Below are positions 13,662 through 27,488 of a stretch of DNA of 64,000 bases, piece by piece. The DNA lies in the NCBI GenBank assembly GCA_051362555.1, contig CM120648.1:7250587-7314586 (forward strand), read 5' to 3'. The notes beneath the pieces were generated by a model, which was not told the DNA's origin, searched no databases, and worked only from the letters and a program-made list of their open reading frames with translations. How positions within the stretch are numbered: the first letter of the stretch is position 1; each line of letters begins with the position of its first letter. Origin of the DNA: Lingula anatina (taxonomy: Eukaryota > Animalia > Brachiopoda). A program made the position numbers and the translations under genes.

Positions 13662-14170
13662 ATGTCATTCAGACGATGCACAGTTCTATCAAACCCAGGT
13701 TTCACATGGGTGATGTTAATTCTTCTGTTCGTCGCTTTAAAACGCATGATACAACAGCCAGGGCAGTCCACAGAACGAATTCACTCATATCAACGAGCCT
13801 CTAACAACAACCCAAGCTACGACATTGCAGTCTTTCGAGAGATAGGTTCACGTGAGGCGAATCACCTGGACCTAACTGACCCTGGGCTCTTGGGGTACGT
13901 GAGGCGGAAGTGGCTCTATGCCCCGCCCCCAGGACGCCTTGGAGAGTTAAACCTGACTGACCCAAGTAAAATACACTACTCCCAGTGGGGACAGTCACAG
14001 ATAGTTGATGCTATATTACGTGGACGCCGGGGTGGGTTTTACGTGGAATGTGGAGCTTGGGATGGAGAGACGAACAGTAACTCTTTGTTTTTTGAAAAAT
14101 CTCGGAATTGGACTGGGCTTTTGGTGGAGCCAGACCCCCTCAATTTTGAAAAACTATCTAGAAAACATAG
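13662..14170 (+). CDS. Star-like FkbM/Methyltransf_21 family SAM-dependent methyltransferase, coding exon 1
   Basis: Acceptor ttttattttcag|ATG. N-terminal hydrophobic stretch FTWVMLILLFVAL, then motifs YSQWGQ, FYVECGAWDGETNSNS and WTGLLVEP. Phase-2 donor CATAG|gtaggt. Confidence 0.9.
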
Positions 14171-14322
14171 GTAGGTTTTGCTGATAAAATATTTTAGTTG
14201 GACTTCATTAAAATGGATATTTATTGAGTCTGAAATGTTTTTTAAATGCCCAAAGATTCCTTAATTTCAGAAGACAAAATTAGTCAAACAAACTGGATAA
14301 TATTTATTTATTTATTTTGCAG

Positions 14323-14755
14323 GAATGCCTATCTATCCCCGACTTGCATAACTGCACGACCCACAAAAGTGGACTTTCAATTTTCCAAGACTTCAGATGC
14401 TGGCTCCATAAATCCTCTAACAAAGAAGAAAGTTATCGGGAAAAACAGAATGCTCTGTCTTCCCATCGCATCTCTCTTGTTGTCAATAGGCCAGACTCAC
14501 GTGGACTACTTTTCGCTGGACGTGGAAAGCATTGAGCTCGAGATTTTACGAGAATTTCCGTGGGACAAAATCACTGTGGATGTGTGGACCATTGAGGTGC
14601 ATAGATATTTGCCGAACTATGATGCGACTATGAAGGAAATAAAACAAATATTCAATCGTACTGGGTTGTATGGAAAGGGAAAAGAAATAGTTATGGACAT
14701 CATGTTTGTGCGGCGTGACGCGAATACGGTCAAAGAGATCAAGAGGTCAAAATGA
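14323..14755 (+). CDS. Star-like FkbM/Methyltransf_21 methyltransferase, coding exon 2
   Basis: Acceptor ttattttgcag|G restores the frame (KHR-NAY). Motifs VDYFSLDVESIELEIL and VDVWTIE, stop TGA at 14755. Spliced product is 313 aa. Confidence 0.9.
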
Positions 14756-15239
14756 CGTAGATGCGACAAAAATTATTACTCCACTCACAAGTAAAGGTGG
14801 ACATCAATTATTTAAAACGTGCAACCATCATGTATCGTCTTTCAGCTTTGAAGAATCTTCTACGAGATTTTCGAGCCAAATTAAATTTCCCTGTTCGTGA
14901 AAATTCGCTGGATTCGATGTTTTTTACCGTTCCTTATTAGACAAATCAGTTGTAAACGAATCTGCCAGATGTTTTTACAGAAAAAATTATCGACAGTTTT
15001 TTCATCGTTTTAAAGGTCTGAAATGAGAAAGACATAATGACGTAAAAATATAACTTGCAGATATTTGAAAAAGCATGCATATATAATACCTTTTAATGCG
15101 TGGACCACAATGTAGTTGTTTGTGGGTGAGGCGGCACGGGTATCGTCACTGCAGGAGTTAAATTGTTGACGTGCCTCAATATCAGTACTGGATGATGTAC
15201 GTGTCATATCATCCATCTGTTTTTAATTCCCATTTAAAG

Positions 15240-15242
<3 letters not shown>

Positions 15243-15274
<32 letters not shown>
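15243..15274. repeat. poly(T) tract
   Basis: Seen directly. Confidence 0.95.
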
Positions 15275-15277
<3 letters not shown>

Positions 15278-15536
15278 TCATATCGATGGTATTGCACATG
15301 GCACCATGGCAACAAAAGCACTGCCTGTAAATTTAAAACGAACCCAAAGCGACTCCAACATTAAAACCGCTGCAGGTAATTAATGCATGAAAAGCAATAT
15401 ACATGTATGTAAATTAATATGGAGGGGAATAAAAGATATGTTTAATGGCAGCTGTACTAGCATGTTTTGGATTAAGCGTTTTGGGATAAGGTATCATTGC
15501 CTTTTTCTTTAGAATAAGGTACCCAAAATACAGAAG

Positions 15537-15707
15537 CAGGCCCGTAGCCAGGGGGGGGGGTTCGGGGGGTTCGAAAGAACCGCCCCTTTTGCTGGGAAAA
15601 GGTCCACTCTGGGTAAACTTTGATCTAGGTACATGAAGTTTTTATGGAAAAAAGTCCACTTTTTCAGAAAAAGAACCCCCCTTTTGAAATTGCTGGCTAC
15701 GGGCCTG
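15537..15707. mobile_element. MITE, hAT-like termini, copy 2
   Basis: Perfect TIRs CAGGCCCGTAGCCAG...CTGGCTACGGGCCTG; flanks acagaag / actgaag resemble a target-site duplication (TSD). Confidence 0.85.
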
Positions 15708-15856
15708 ACTGAAGGAACCAACACAATATATACTAAATACCCCTTGCACGCTACACCTATCACCACATACATGCACATGTATCGATACCACCATTTCAGA
15801 CATTGTACTCCCCCCATACTTCTCCCCCAAAGAAAGGCTGAACTGCCGTAGAACTA

Positions 15857-15964
15857 CCCTCTACCAGGATCACAGATTTGATTTTTCACTAGATATGTCT
15901 CTAGCTAATTAATGACGGTATTCTCTGCTGAACAGAACTGCACATCTGCGGCCCTAATAGATAG
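15857..15964. mobile_element. TA-flanked MITE, degenerate copy
   Basis: ta|ccctctaccaggatcacagatttgattttt...agatatgtctctag...ctgcggccctaatagatag|ta, homologous to 29251-29384. Confidence 0.6.
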
Positions 15965-17557
15965 TACTGTAGAGTTACACATGTACCTTACAACAGTTAA
16001 ATGGAAAGGACACTTACTTCACTGCTTCACTGTTCAAGTCTAATCAAAGTACATGTATTTGTATGTATCCGCACCTTTCATCCCTCTGATATTTCGTGCG
16101 AATGTACATCTTTTACTTCTTCTGATGTGATACAATACACAGTCACAGGGAGATCCAAATCGACATTGTCTGAACCATTCTACATCGGTACAACAGGTCT
16201 TTCTTTGGCTCTTGTGTAATGACGATGAAAACGTATATCGTTTCTAAAAAGACCATACCTAAACATTTCTGCTTCATCTTTTTTGTTTGACATCAACGAG
16301 TCGGTCACGTGATTAGGGTCCTTAAGCGTAGGTTGGAAACACCTCATGGGTAGAAAAGACATTTTGTCTCAAAAGAAACGATTTATTTTTTATCATCCCC
16401 ACATCGAACACACGTAATCAATACCAATCTGTTTATACACATTATTTTCAATGCACCCTACACCTGTGGGCTCTCCCTCTTTTTTTAAAGAAAGAATCGG
16501 ATTCGTCTCCTCCCCCCTTCCATATAGAGGAGTAAAGAGACACGATGAAGCCAACGAAAGGATTTTTTCTTCTTGTTGTTATTCTAAATCACCCAATGAC
16601 AGTCTTAAGACTCAAAACACATGCACCCATTGTCTTTCAACACTTTTTGTAGAGTAATGGCACTTAAAATAGACACTATAACGTAATAATCAGTACACCA
16701 TACATTATCTTACCCACATGAAGGGGCACCTGTTCCTTTCCCCTTGGTTATTCAAAACAAGCCCATCCATTCCAGATTAAAGGTAGAGAATATATGATAT
16801 AAGCCACGTATTTAATGGTGTTTTTGTCTATCTTGCGTGGTATGGAATGCTATTCCATCTACACGGATGAATGATTTGGTTACTCATTCCAAGCAATATG
16901 AAGATGTAAGCGCGTACATATTCTCCATTTGCCCGTGGGAATAAAAATTATGGCTAAAAACGAAAAAAACTCTTCAAAGTAGTATCTTTTACGGCTACTG
17001 TTACATTTGTTTACTGTTACATTTACATTTGTAAAAGTTAAATCCAACCAAACAACAGAGATGGCCTCGTGTTATTTTAAATGTTTGAGTTCTCAAACGA
17101 ATTTCCTAAAAACAGCCTTGAAAAACCACTGAATAAAAAACACCCATCTCTAGCCACATACACCATGTTAACCTATTATGGCATTCACATGATACAAACA
17201 TATAAAACTCATCACTTATGTAACATATAAGGGCGGTTACATGTACGCCTACGTTAATCAGTTGTTTCAAACGTGCTTATCTTTTCCTCAGACACACAAA
17301 TAGACAAATAGACTCTTAACGATTTATCCATGGGTTTTGTCAGTAAGTTTGTCAAAGAAAATACAGTGAGGGGGATTTTTTGTGGATCCATCTTAATTTC
17401 ATTATTTTCTCATATATTAAATATATATCATGTGATATCCTGACACTGGAAACAAAAAACGATCGACATTGTTATAGCGTATTTATAATCTTTATCCTTG
17501 ATTCGCTGAACGATTCCGTTCTAAAACTATTTGGTATCCAAGTGCAATTTTTCTTAC

Positions 17558-17791
17558 CTCATTTAAAGGACAGAGTCGGTCATTATTTCCCTCGTGCTGC
17601 AATCTTGCTGCATTTGACGAAGACTTTGATAAGGCAGGACTAGATGCAGAAGACGCTTCCCTTCCAGAAATTCTTCCCGCCACTCCACCCCAGAAATTGT
17701 CTGCTTCATGAGCCATCGGCGCATGCGCAGCGGTGGCAGACGATCTCATAGTCCAATCTTGTTGGTGATGTAGTTGGTAGTCGACAGCCAT
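17558..17791 (-). CDS. Candidate first coding exon (78 codons, low complexity), possibly of sacsin-like paralogue A
   Basis: GC-richer island with an ATG in good context (ACCATGG), an open frame MAVDYQ...LCPLNE, and a strong phase-0 donor GAG|gtaaga. Possible acceptors at 17832 or 17805. The phase matches the acceptor at 7436. Confidence 0.45.
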
Positions 17792-19084
17792 GGTTCATTG
17801 GTCATCTGCAAGGGCGTGGGCGTGGCCAACTCCTTGATAACAGACGAAAAACATTTGGTTAAGAATTAACGTGTTACACCATCATATATACGTGTGCTAA
17901 ATAAATGACTTGTTCAAAGCAGATTACACGTTTTGATAATATTGCCTGGCATATGCATAAATGAGAGTTACCCAAAGGAAGTTGCCTCTTACGTCAAAGT
18001 CTACCCTTAAGGTCTACCCTGAATTTCTGGTGGGAAATTTGCCCAAGGCGTTGGTGACATACATATAGGTCTACTAAATAACTCATGCAAGAATCTTGAT
18101 ACGGCTTGCAAAGCATTCCAGTGGACAGTTTTCATGGACGTGGGAATGGGCATTTAAAACCCATAGTAAATATAGAATAAGTTAATCAATAAGCCTGAAG
18201 TAACAAATACAACAATGGACATTCGCTCCAAGTTATGATCTTAAAAAATATATGTCAAGTAAAATCAACATTTCCCCTTAGGCTTGGTTGGACAGCACAA
18301 AGAAGGGCTGTTTTTCTCTCTCGTATCTCTCTCGGACACGCACTCACGAACACGGACGGTCTCATACACGCAGGTGGCTCTGCATATCTTTGTTTTCGTC
18401 TTGCATTTTTTTCAGGAAGAGCCTTGCAATAATATTCCGTAACTCCATATCATAAAAATAATAAGAGACTTTTAGTATTTCTGAGGAAGTTGATATTTTG
18501 ATAATGACCATGGTCATTAAATAAGCATTTATGATAAAAGTATAAAGGCAACAAAACATAATCACAAAACTCCCATTTCAAACTGCCATTTCGCCTTAGA
18601 AAAAATATATCAATTTCGCTTTCACGATGACGATGGCTTTATGTCAGAAAGAAAATGATAAGGCACTCCTTATGAATACTCCCACATGAAAAAGGAAGGT
18701 TATCTATAGTTCAGAACGGGGCGCGTGTGTACATTGTGGGGAGTGGGTTATGACTTTTCTGCTCAGCAGGTGCGTGAGTGGCATAATGTGGTAGATCCAC
18801 TGTTGCAGGTAGAGGAACAGGTGGAATATCGGTGTCCGGATATTACATACCTACGAGTTACGGTCTCCACGGGGTTATTGCTGGTGTTCTTTATACATTC
18901 CACAGGCAATAATGAATAAAGTAGGAATTGTATACGAATTGTATACACCCTCACCAGCAAACCCCACATATATTAAAGAATGAAGTAATAAATAAATAAA
19001 TATATAAATTTAATAAATAAATAAATAATGAAAATGCGATCGGTTTAGAGAGTAAAGGTGTTATAACTATTGTATGAAGAGAAA

Positions 19085-19125
19085 TACCAGAAAAGCACCC
19101 AGAGAGCTCAGACTTCCACCAAGAC
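19085..19125 (+). mobile_element. Possible terminus of a non-autonomous Helentron/HINE-type repeat
   Basis: aaagcacccagagagctcagacttccaccaag resembles, from memory, the end motif of such invertebrate repeats. The other end was not found. Confidence 0.3.
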
Positions 19126-21010
19126 AAATAATGTAGGCCTACTAATCGTTAACCACAAATTTGATATTGGAGCAATTTAATCCCTTTTAAGTTAACCCTT
19201 GTCTTGAAGTCAGTAAAGTTACATGCATAAGTCCATAACTGAGAGTTCTAGATTATTGTTTAAGATAATTGCTGCACTGGATCAACTGGGTGGAGGAGCA
19301 AGAAGGGCAAGATGGAGACGATTGTAAAAGACTTTTCTTTTCTGAGTTTTTGTCTATTAGACTTCCCTGTAATGTCCCTATACTAGACATTTGATTCTTG
19401 CTAAGTAATATTCTGTATGCATATCTGGGGCAGAAACTAAATTGCACATGTACGTATAATATGATTTTCCATGAAACTTTAATAGTGCTCTTATTACCTG
19501 ATACCGAAAAATAAACATCTAAGCAGTCTTGTATATCTTTGTAAACATTACGTGATACATTAACAGAGAGCATACATTTAAACCCCGTTTATTGAGGTTA
19601 AGTCAACATGCTTGTTACCATATTACCGATATAACACCAAACAAGTTATTTCGAAAAAAAGAAAGAAGGAAGGAAAAGCGGTATTATCAGAACAAAGGAA
19701 AGAGTTTGGATAACAGTTGCTGAAAATGAAAATCAAAATTTGTCTATAAGATGAAAAACCACAGTCTTTTTCGATACGCATAGAGTTCATTAAATTGAAA
19801 TCAGACATGCCGAAATGTTATAGAAGAGCCCTATAGCACTAACGTTCACAATGAAAGAAGGAAGTACTCGTATTCCAACATAAAAACTGAATCAATCGAA
19901 AACTGATATCTAGGCTAAGAGATAGTTCATGCATGTTACTGTTAGGCAAAGTTTGAAAAGCGGAATTCTTACGTAGGCTGCCAATTCCGTTGAATGTAAT
20001 CTGCAAATGAATGTGTGTGTAATAACACGGGAAACTGAGCACCTTCAATCCACCTAAAAACCCTATTCTATTATTCCTTTTAAAAAAAAAAAAAACACAC
20101 AGCAACTTAGATACCAGAACGTTTTGCGCTTTTTTCCGGCGTCTCATAGAAGATAACCATTTGGGAAATGTTCTGGTTCTTAGACAAGATGCGAGTTTCG
20201 TGTAATGTCATACAATTTGTAAACAGAGGTGCAACTAAGGAGACGTGAAGAGCCAATTTTGAATACATGTAACACACCATTCCGGCAGGCACATAACAAA
20301 AAAAAAAGACAGTCATGTTGGGACATCAATGCAAATAATAATATGTCGGGTTGCACGAATTATGTTATAGCAAACGCATGTATATAAAACTATACCATGG
20401 TCGAAGCCACCTTCAATATTAAATATTTACTCTCCCATTTTCAGCGATTATTCCGCCCGCTGTCCAATAAACTAAAGATAAGATGGGGAAATGAATGCAT
20501 AGTAGTGCATCATGTAAGAAAAACCTTGTGTAGTTTCAAGTTTGAGATAAGACTGAAGGTTTTGTGGTATACGACAAGGGAAGAGGGAGGGGAGACGGTC
20601 ACGATTCCGGCTACACCCTTTCTGTCCGGATCGGAAAAATGTAATCATGCGTAAGCTAAAAGCAGGGGATGATACACATGTTATTGATAAACAATTTTAC
20701 AAAAAAAAAAAAAAACTGGAAAACGCATCAGTTGAACTCCTGAATAAAATACAGACAAAATGTGAAGGAACTGGGCCTATTATTGGCAACTGATGCCTGA
20801 GAGGTTCCTTGGTCGCATTCGATTAACGTAAACCACGTTCACTTGGCTAAACAAACAGCAGGGGTGCCTACTGACCGGTCGTCAAAATAAGTTTGGCCTG
20901 CGAAATCATATTCAAATTGAGAACAAACATGTTATGTTGGACAATCGGGGTTATTTAACAGTCACAATGGATGACCGGGACAGTGGGTCTCAAATATATG
21001 TAGACACTAA

Positions 21011-21197
21011 GGACGCATTCAAAAGAGCGGAATAACAGATCCCTGGATCAAATATGGCGACCCATTAAAAAGCTTGCCGCTTAATTCCCGATTAGACACT
21101 AATTGGGATTCCTCGCGGGGATTACGCAACAAGCATTCAAGTGGGTTAGCCACGTTTGATCCGCGGATCTCTTAAGTCTGGTGTTCTGAATGCGCTC
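21011..21197. mobile_element. PIF/Harbinger (Tourist-like) MITE
   Basis: taa|GGACGCATTCA...TGAATGCGCTC|taa, with internal arms agatccctggatcaaatatggc / gccacgtttgatccgcggatct. Confidence 0.75.
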
Positions 21198-22669
21198 TAA
21201 GGACGTTAAATAATTGGAGTCATTGTGTGTTCAAGGTCATCTATTTGGGAGGTCCATTGGGTTTTTTTTTTTTGTACCTGTATATGTAGTTGTGTCTGTC
21301 ACCCTGGATCTAAGAGGTCACTTTTCCTATACTGGAAACGGCAGAGGGTGGCGATAATAGAGATAATTTTCCAGTAAGTTCTGAAACCCTGGGTAGTACA
21401 TGTAGTAAGGGGCGTGGTGATACGTGTATAGGTTCTGAGAACAGCAAAATGAATGTCTAATCTCGAATTCTGATTTTTTCCTTAAATCAGACGAATAAAT
21501 TTAAATATTATTCTGATGTACCAAGCGACACACATGATTATTTCATTAAACTAATTTCACTAAACTGTCGAACGTTTTTTTTTTTTTTCAAGGAAAAGTC
21601 AGGCACACGAAGCTTCATCCTATCGCTGATTCATGAAATTTAGCTTTCGTGTTTTCGCTTTCATGTTAGGTTTTTTATAAACTGAAAATGACGTGAACTA
21701 GACTTCTGTCTGTCATGGATTTACAGCAACTCCCCTATTCATCTATCTCTCTAATTAATTATAACCCTGGTGAGTAAGCTCCTGTCAGAGAGCCAAAATA
21801 TCCGTCCTAACCTTAAACATACCACTTAAACATTTCACCGAACTTACATCACTCCTGCCGAAGCCCCGTATGTATAATTTATTAGGTTTCCTTCCTAAAA
21901 GGCTCGTTCTTGAGAGAAAGCAGTGTCTGTCTGATACAGCAACGCCTTCATCCATCTCTCTTAATTGTCAGGTATTCAGGCTTTTTCCCCTTAATCTTTA
22001 ACACAACACCATTTCATATCCGTTTTTAATTTCAAAAGAACAATCCACCCCAACCCACCCCACCTCCAAAAATGTGATAATATCAAAATAAAATAAAACG
22101 AAAGGAAAAAGATACTAGCACACACATAATGATCACACCATCTGAAAATAAAGATAGATAAACACATGCGTTAATATTTGTCTTCGTACCTTATAAACAT
22201 CTATTTTTCAAAAAAAGTTCTATTTCAACAACACCGACTGAAAGCAACGGATGAGGCTATCCTGTTGGCGCCTGCCAACTTACATGGGCTAGGTTCGATT
22301 TCAATAATAGAAAGAACAAATATTTACAACCCACCTAAAACCTAAAAATACAATAAGATCATAATAATGCAGTGTTCCTTACTGAACCCGTTTTCTGGTC
22401 TGTGGCGCTGGGCCCGCCTACGCGTGTGTCGATCCCCTTGGTGGCTTTGTATTGTGACAACACAGAGAAGGTTATCGAGAACCTGTGTTGAAAGCGTAAT
22501 ATCCTGTCACTACAGAGTCAGGTTACACGTGTATTATGGACGGACGGATAAAATATTTAGCAGCGTTTGGCAATCTTTTTCATTCCTATTCACTTTCATT
22601 AATGTCTATCGTAATTTTTTCAGTATTTATCGTCTTTCAGTGTGTATTTTTTTTAAATTGAGCGCTGTT

Positions 22670-22671
<2 letters not shown>

Positions 22672-22723
<52 letters not shown>
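22672..22723. repeat. (TC)n microsatellite
   Basis: Seen directly. Confidence 0.95.
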
Positions 22724-22725
<2 letters not shown>

Positions 22726-23454
22726 GTAAATTACTTTTAGTTTCTCGTGATGCAGTCCCAGTAGCTGAATGTACACGTATAAGTGGGTGTCTTAAGTCCT
22801 CAATCCTGCCTTACAACATACCATAAGAGATTGAGTCATAGAAAAATGGCATCCAGCAATGGTGTTTTACAATGTCTCTCACGCTAGCTTCGTTCTGCTT
22901 AATCATCTCCAATCAGAGGGATGAAAAGAATAAAAAATTAAAACGGGATTTAAGTTGAAATTGATTTAAAAAATGAAACAAAAAAACACAAAATCCTAAC
23001 TTGGAGCTTGAAAATGGTTGGCTTTCGCGACCGATTATTAAAACCTTTCTGACCATATTCCAATCCCTTTTCATGCGATAAAAATCCTTTCAAACTTTAT
23101 CAGTGAATTTCAATACGTTTCATTCTCGGTATTAAATGCATTACAAAAGCGGAAGTAAACAAAAACGTCAGATAAGTATCAACTAGCATATCATTACTAC
23201 AATGTATTACACTTTACTGGAGCATGACCCAAAACGAAGTTCTTCACCATAATTCATATTTGGTAAAAACAATATGAAGTCGCCTAGCTCGTGTTAAAAT
23301 ATGCATGTGACCCAGTCCTATACAGGCACTGGTACAATATATATATACCATGTGGCAGCAATATATTCTATCCTGGATTTTTATACGTTTTACTGTGACC
23401 TGGAGCACACATAAACTGGTTTGAAATGAAGAGCACGCACGTACATATGGCATG

Positions 23455-23462
23455 AGAGAGAG

Positions 23463-23503
<41 letters not shown>

Positions 23504-23776
23504 GTGTGTGTGTGCGTGTGTGTGTGTGAGTGTTTATGTGTGCGCGCTTCTGTGTGAATAGGGAGTGCATAGGTGTTAAATGTAAATAAACAACTTCTTT
23601 CATGATAACAGCTGTACTCGTCAATGTTGCCGTGCGTGTGTGTGCGTGTGTGTGTGCGTGTGTGTGTGTGTGAGTGTTTATGTGTGCGCGCTTCTGTGTG
23701 AATAGGGAGTGCATAGGTGTTAAATGTAAATAAACAACTTCTTTCGTGTACAGCTGTACTCGTCAATGTTGCCGTG
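23455..23776. repeat. Tandem duplication (period about 144 bp), each unit led by a (GT)n tract
   Basis: gagtgtttatgtgtgcgcgcttctgtgtgaatagggagtgcatagg...cagctgtactcgtcaatgttgccgtg occurs at about 23528 and 23672. Confidence 0.9.
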
Positions 23777-23907
23777 TAAACAACATGCCAGCAGCGTGTA
23801 CAGATGTGGAGTAATAATACGACAAACAGTCCTGATACAGCTGATGTTAACACACCAGATGGTTCAGGTTTTCATATGCACTTCAACCTTTTTGACTTAC
23901 ATACATG

Positions 23908-23909
<2 letters not shown>

Positions 23910-23957
<48 letters not shown>

Positions 23958-24075
23958 GCCCCCCTCTCAAATCGCCATATTCAAATTTCCTATCCCCCTC
24001 TCTCTAATTGTCTCTTTTTCTCCCCCTCTTTCGTTCTTTCTTTCTTTCTTTCCCTTACACGCATGCAAACGTTCC

Positions 24076-24119
<44 letters not shown>
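23910..24119. repeat. (TC)n (23910-23951) and (AC)n (24079-24119) microsatellites
   Basis: Seen directly. Confidence 0.95.
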
Positions 24120-24120
<1 letters not shown>

Positions 24121-27100
24121 CAAGCCACTGTGCCCTATCATCAGCCGTATCCTATCATATGTGTTGTCTATGAAGTGCACTTAATCCCGTCTACAAACAG
24201 CAGCCAGCCGTCTCAGCGTGATACACCACCAGAAATAAATGGGCTACATGTAACGTATCGAAATAGAAACAGCGACAGACCAGTATGCTCTAACGTATAT
24301 AAACCTCACCTGTATGTCTGAACGCTACGCCATCATTTAACAATGATAATACACACGTCAAACACCCACCTGGTTAAACCAAGTTGATTCCCGCTTGAAA
24401 TTTTAACGGGCTGTCCTATAAAAGCAAGCGTTTAAACATTTACCTTGTTGCACATCCGTTTATGACTAGAAGCAGACATCTTGTGGAGTTTTCGTTAATC
24501 ATAACCCACTTGTAGATGTTCTACGCATGTGCGTTGAGGGCCGACAGCACCAACAGCTGTTCAGTTAAGTGAGTTAAATGTGGAATGTTTTTTATTTGAC
24601 TGGTGGAAATCACCTACTTACGTCACGGGGCAGTCAGGGGGGTTATTATGGTGCGGTGTATTGAAATGCTTCAGGTGGGTCAACAGATTGGATATCGGTG
24701 TACAAACAAGACTGCGGGGTCGGTTGAAGCGTGGAGGGGTCAATATTACACTCCTAATCCTAGGTGTTCTGTTTAAGTAGCTTATTTTCCTAATAAACTA
24801 GGAGACCTGTGGAATTAAGTCACGCTTTTACTTCGGTTACTTGAGGCTCGTCTAATGTAATTGCGTTAGCTGCATCGTTTTTCGGTATGCTGTATAACAA
24901 CTAACCCCTCTTCCTGAGGAGCAATCTCACGTTTCACGTGAAAAATGAAAAATGAGACTCGGCGGAAATAATACTATCAATACATGTCATTGTTGGTAAC
25001 CTTGACTTTACTAACATGTTTTAAACTCAAGTATGTGGTATCAGTGAAGCGTCTGCATTCTGCCATCTCACGTGTCAAATGACCCGTAAAGAAAACAGTG
25101 TATGTAATGCACCGCACCAAAGAGTAGCGGCGGGCAGTTTGTCTGTGTGTTGATTTTGTTTGCTTATCTACACTGAGATGACAAAGTGCTGGGCTGAAGT
25201 CAGACTGGCCAGACTGGTACATGATATTTGTGTTAAAAGGGAGGGAGGGAGGAAAGGGCTGACTTCGGTGACTTCACTTCACTTTCATAACATTAACATC
25301 AATTACTGGGGGGGGGGGGGGCATAGAAACAAAAAAGGAAAACAAAAAACTATTTAATCAATTAATATGAAAAGTAGAAATTAGTTAATTTATATGTTTG
25401 ATTATTTTGTATTGTTCAGTAAAAAGTACGAAATAATCTTTCATTTACCATGTCTCATCATTGCACGATCCACATAAGACATGGCATCACAGTCGGAATA
25501 CAAAGCAACCAGGTGTCTTGTGAATGAATTTACAACCAGAACATTCAAAACAATTTCAAATATCAAAATAAAAGTTCATTTGTGTGTGCCCAAATAAAAT
25601 ACATTTTAAATGAGAAGCTGTGTAAGTGACAGCTTTTTTGTCGCTGCAATATACACGCAACGGCTGTCGGTAAGTGGGGAAACTGTCTGATGTTAAAAGC
25701 GACAGGTGTTTGGCTGCCAGTTGCTCTTGTCATGGAAAAAGCATGCAAGACTCCCTCTGTGGCAGGTACCACTTTTCCCCACAGCTGTGGTAAAATATGG
25801 AGTATTCCAAATACAGCATCAATGACACAGAATAATAAGAATAACAGGAAATGAAAAAATTGTTAAACTAAACAACAAACATTCCTGTATTTTAAAAAAT
25901 TGTATCAGTGGTGATATATGATATAGTACATTAGGGCGTCCACGGCGCCTTTTGGAGGGAGGTTTTGTATCTATACAAACAAGACAGGGGATAGGCCCTA
26001 TGTGTATTTCGATTACAACGGCCCTTATCTCACTTGATAAAAAAAGCCAGCTCGGTTCCCTGGTCAGGTCACATGCTCGACGACCCATGTCCCTCCGACA
26101 TTCCTCAAAACCATGCTGTATATAGAAGGGGTCGACACGCCCCTGAAAAGGTGCGCCTTTGGCACAAACTTCCCGTCTTCGTCCAGACAGTTCGTCCATC
26201 CATCTGCCCAAGTTTCAAATTTCCTGTGTGGTAGCATTGTATACCCTCTACAAGTACCCTAAATATTCACAGATATCTCTCTGTCTAATTCATGCCGAAT
26301 GTTCAACTGTGACGAGAATGGCCTTAAGTATATGGAGTAGTAGTAATTGTAGTAGTATACTAAAGTGTCACTGCTTCACGCTTGCTCTTAATCATATCCT
26401 GGCATATACAATCCTGTATTTTAGGAATCGGAAATTCCATTGCCAATCCTTGCTTTCCGATTTTTTCTCAGTCCCATTCATGTTTTCCATAATTTAAAAT
26501 ACTACGGCAGTGAATGATAAAAGTGCTAGAGTTTGGCTTAGACAACCCACATACAGGCTTATCACCCATACCACTGAACGTTCATAAACTCTGCAACTTT
26601 AGACAAGTGGCAAGAATTGTTTTCATTTCGAATTTTACACGAAGAAATAAAACTTTACATAGGGTGTGTTAACACAAGGATGCACGGTCGAGGTATTGCT
26701 ACGTGAATTACTTTACTTAAAAACTGCCTACGACCCCGCCATGATACTACCCATTAATACTAGCATTCGTAAAGTGGTTTGCCTTGCAATCGACCATAAC
26801 ATCATTTGGAGAGCCTATTGCGCAACTTGACAAACTGGTTATATTGAGGATTGGAAATCCTACGAAAAAAAACGGGTTCTCAGTCTTAAAAGAGATAAAT
26901 TGTATTCATGTCAGGACAGATGAGGTATAAGGTAGTCACCGATTACCTGCGTACCATTACAATATTGCGCAAGCACCTGGTTTATCTGTTGAACAGCTTT
27001 GGAATAAGACCCACTGGACAATTTTAGGGTGGAGCCCAGATTTAGAATAAGCCTGCAAGATTTAGTGAAACGTGAAATGGACCTGGGTTGAAATGATCCG

Positions 27101-27403
27101 ACAGAGAACTGCAGTGAGAGCTATCTTTTTTACTCAATTCCAAAGTGACTCTGTGTGTAGTAGAGTAATATCATAGCATTAAATAAACCATTCCCACTTC
27201 TCAAACACGGCCGAGATTTTTCCAATCGTGGCGTATGGAAGCAGTGGGACTTTATTAGCGAGTCTCCCCGTTGAAACGCAATGGGGCAACCAATTTAGTC
27301 AAGGGTTAGATTTTGAACATTATAGAGATCGCTTGTCTGCGATCAAATGAACGCTGGCATTATGCTGAGATATGTATATTAGCATGTCATCTATACGGAG
27401 GGA

Positions 27404-27404
27404 T

Positions 27405-27486
<82 letters not shown>
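27404..27486. repeat. Compound (TG)n(AG)n microsatellite
   Basis: Seen directly. Confidence 0.95.

Positions 27487-27488
<2 letters not shown>

Noticed and set aside
18720-18910. GC-richer, exon-like Pro-rich stretch
   Set aside because: Frames are interrupted by stops and there is no consistent pair of splice sites or homology.
22367-24321. ORFs with SLSL/THTH runs (also at about 27.4, 29.8, 44.9, 55.3 and 62 kb)
   Set aside because: Translations of dinucleotide microsatellites.
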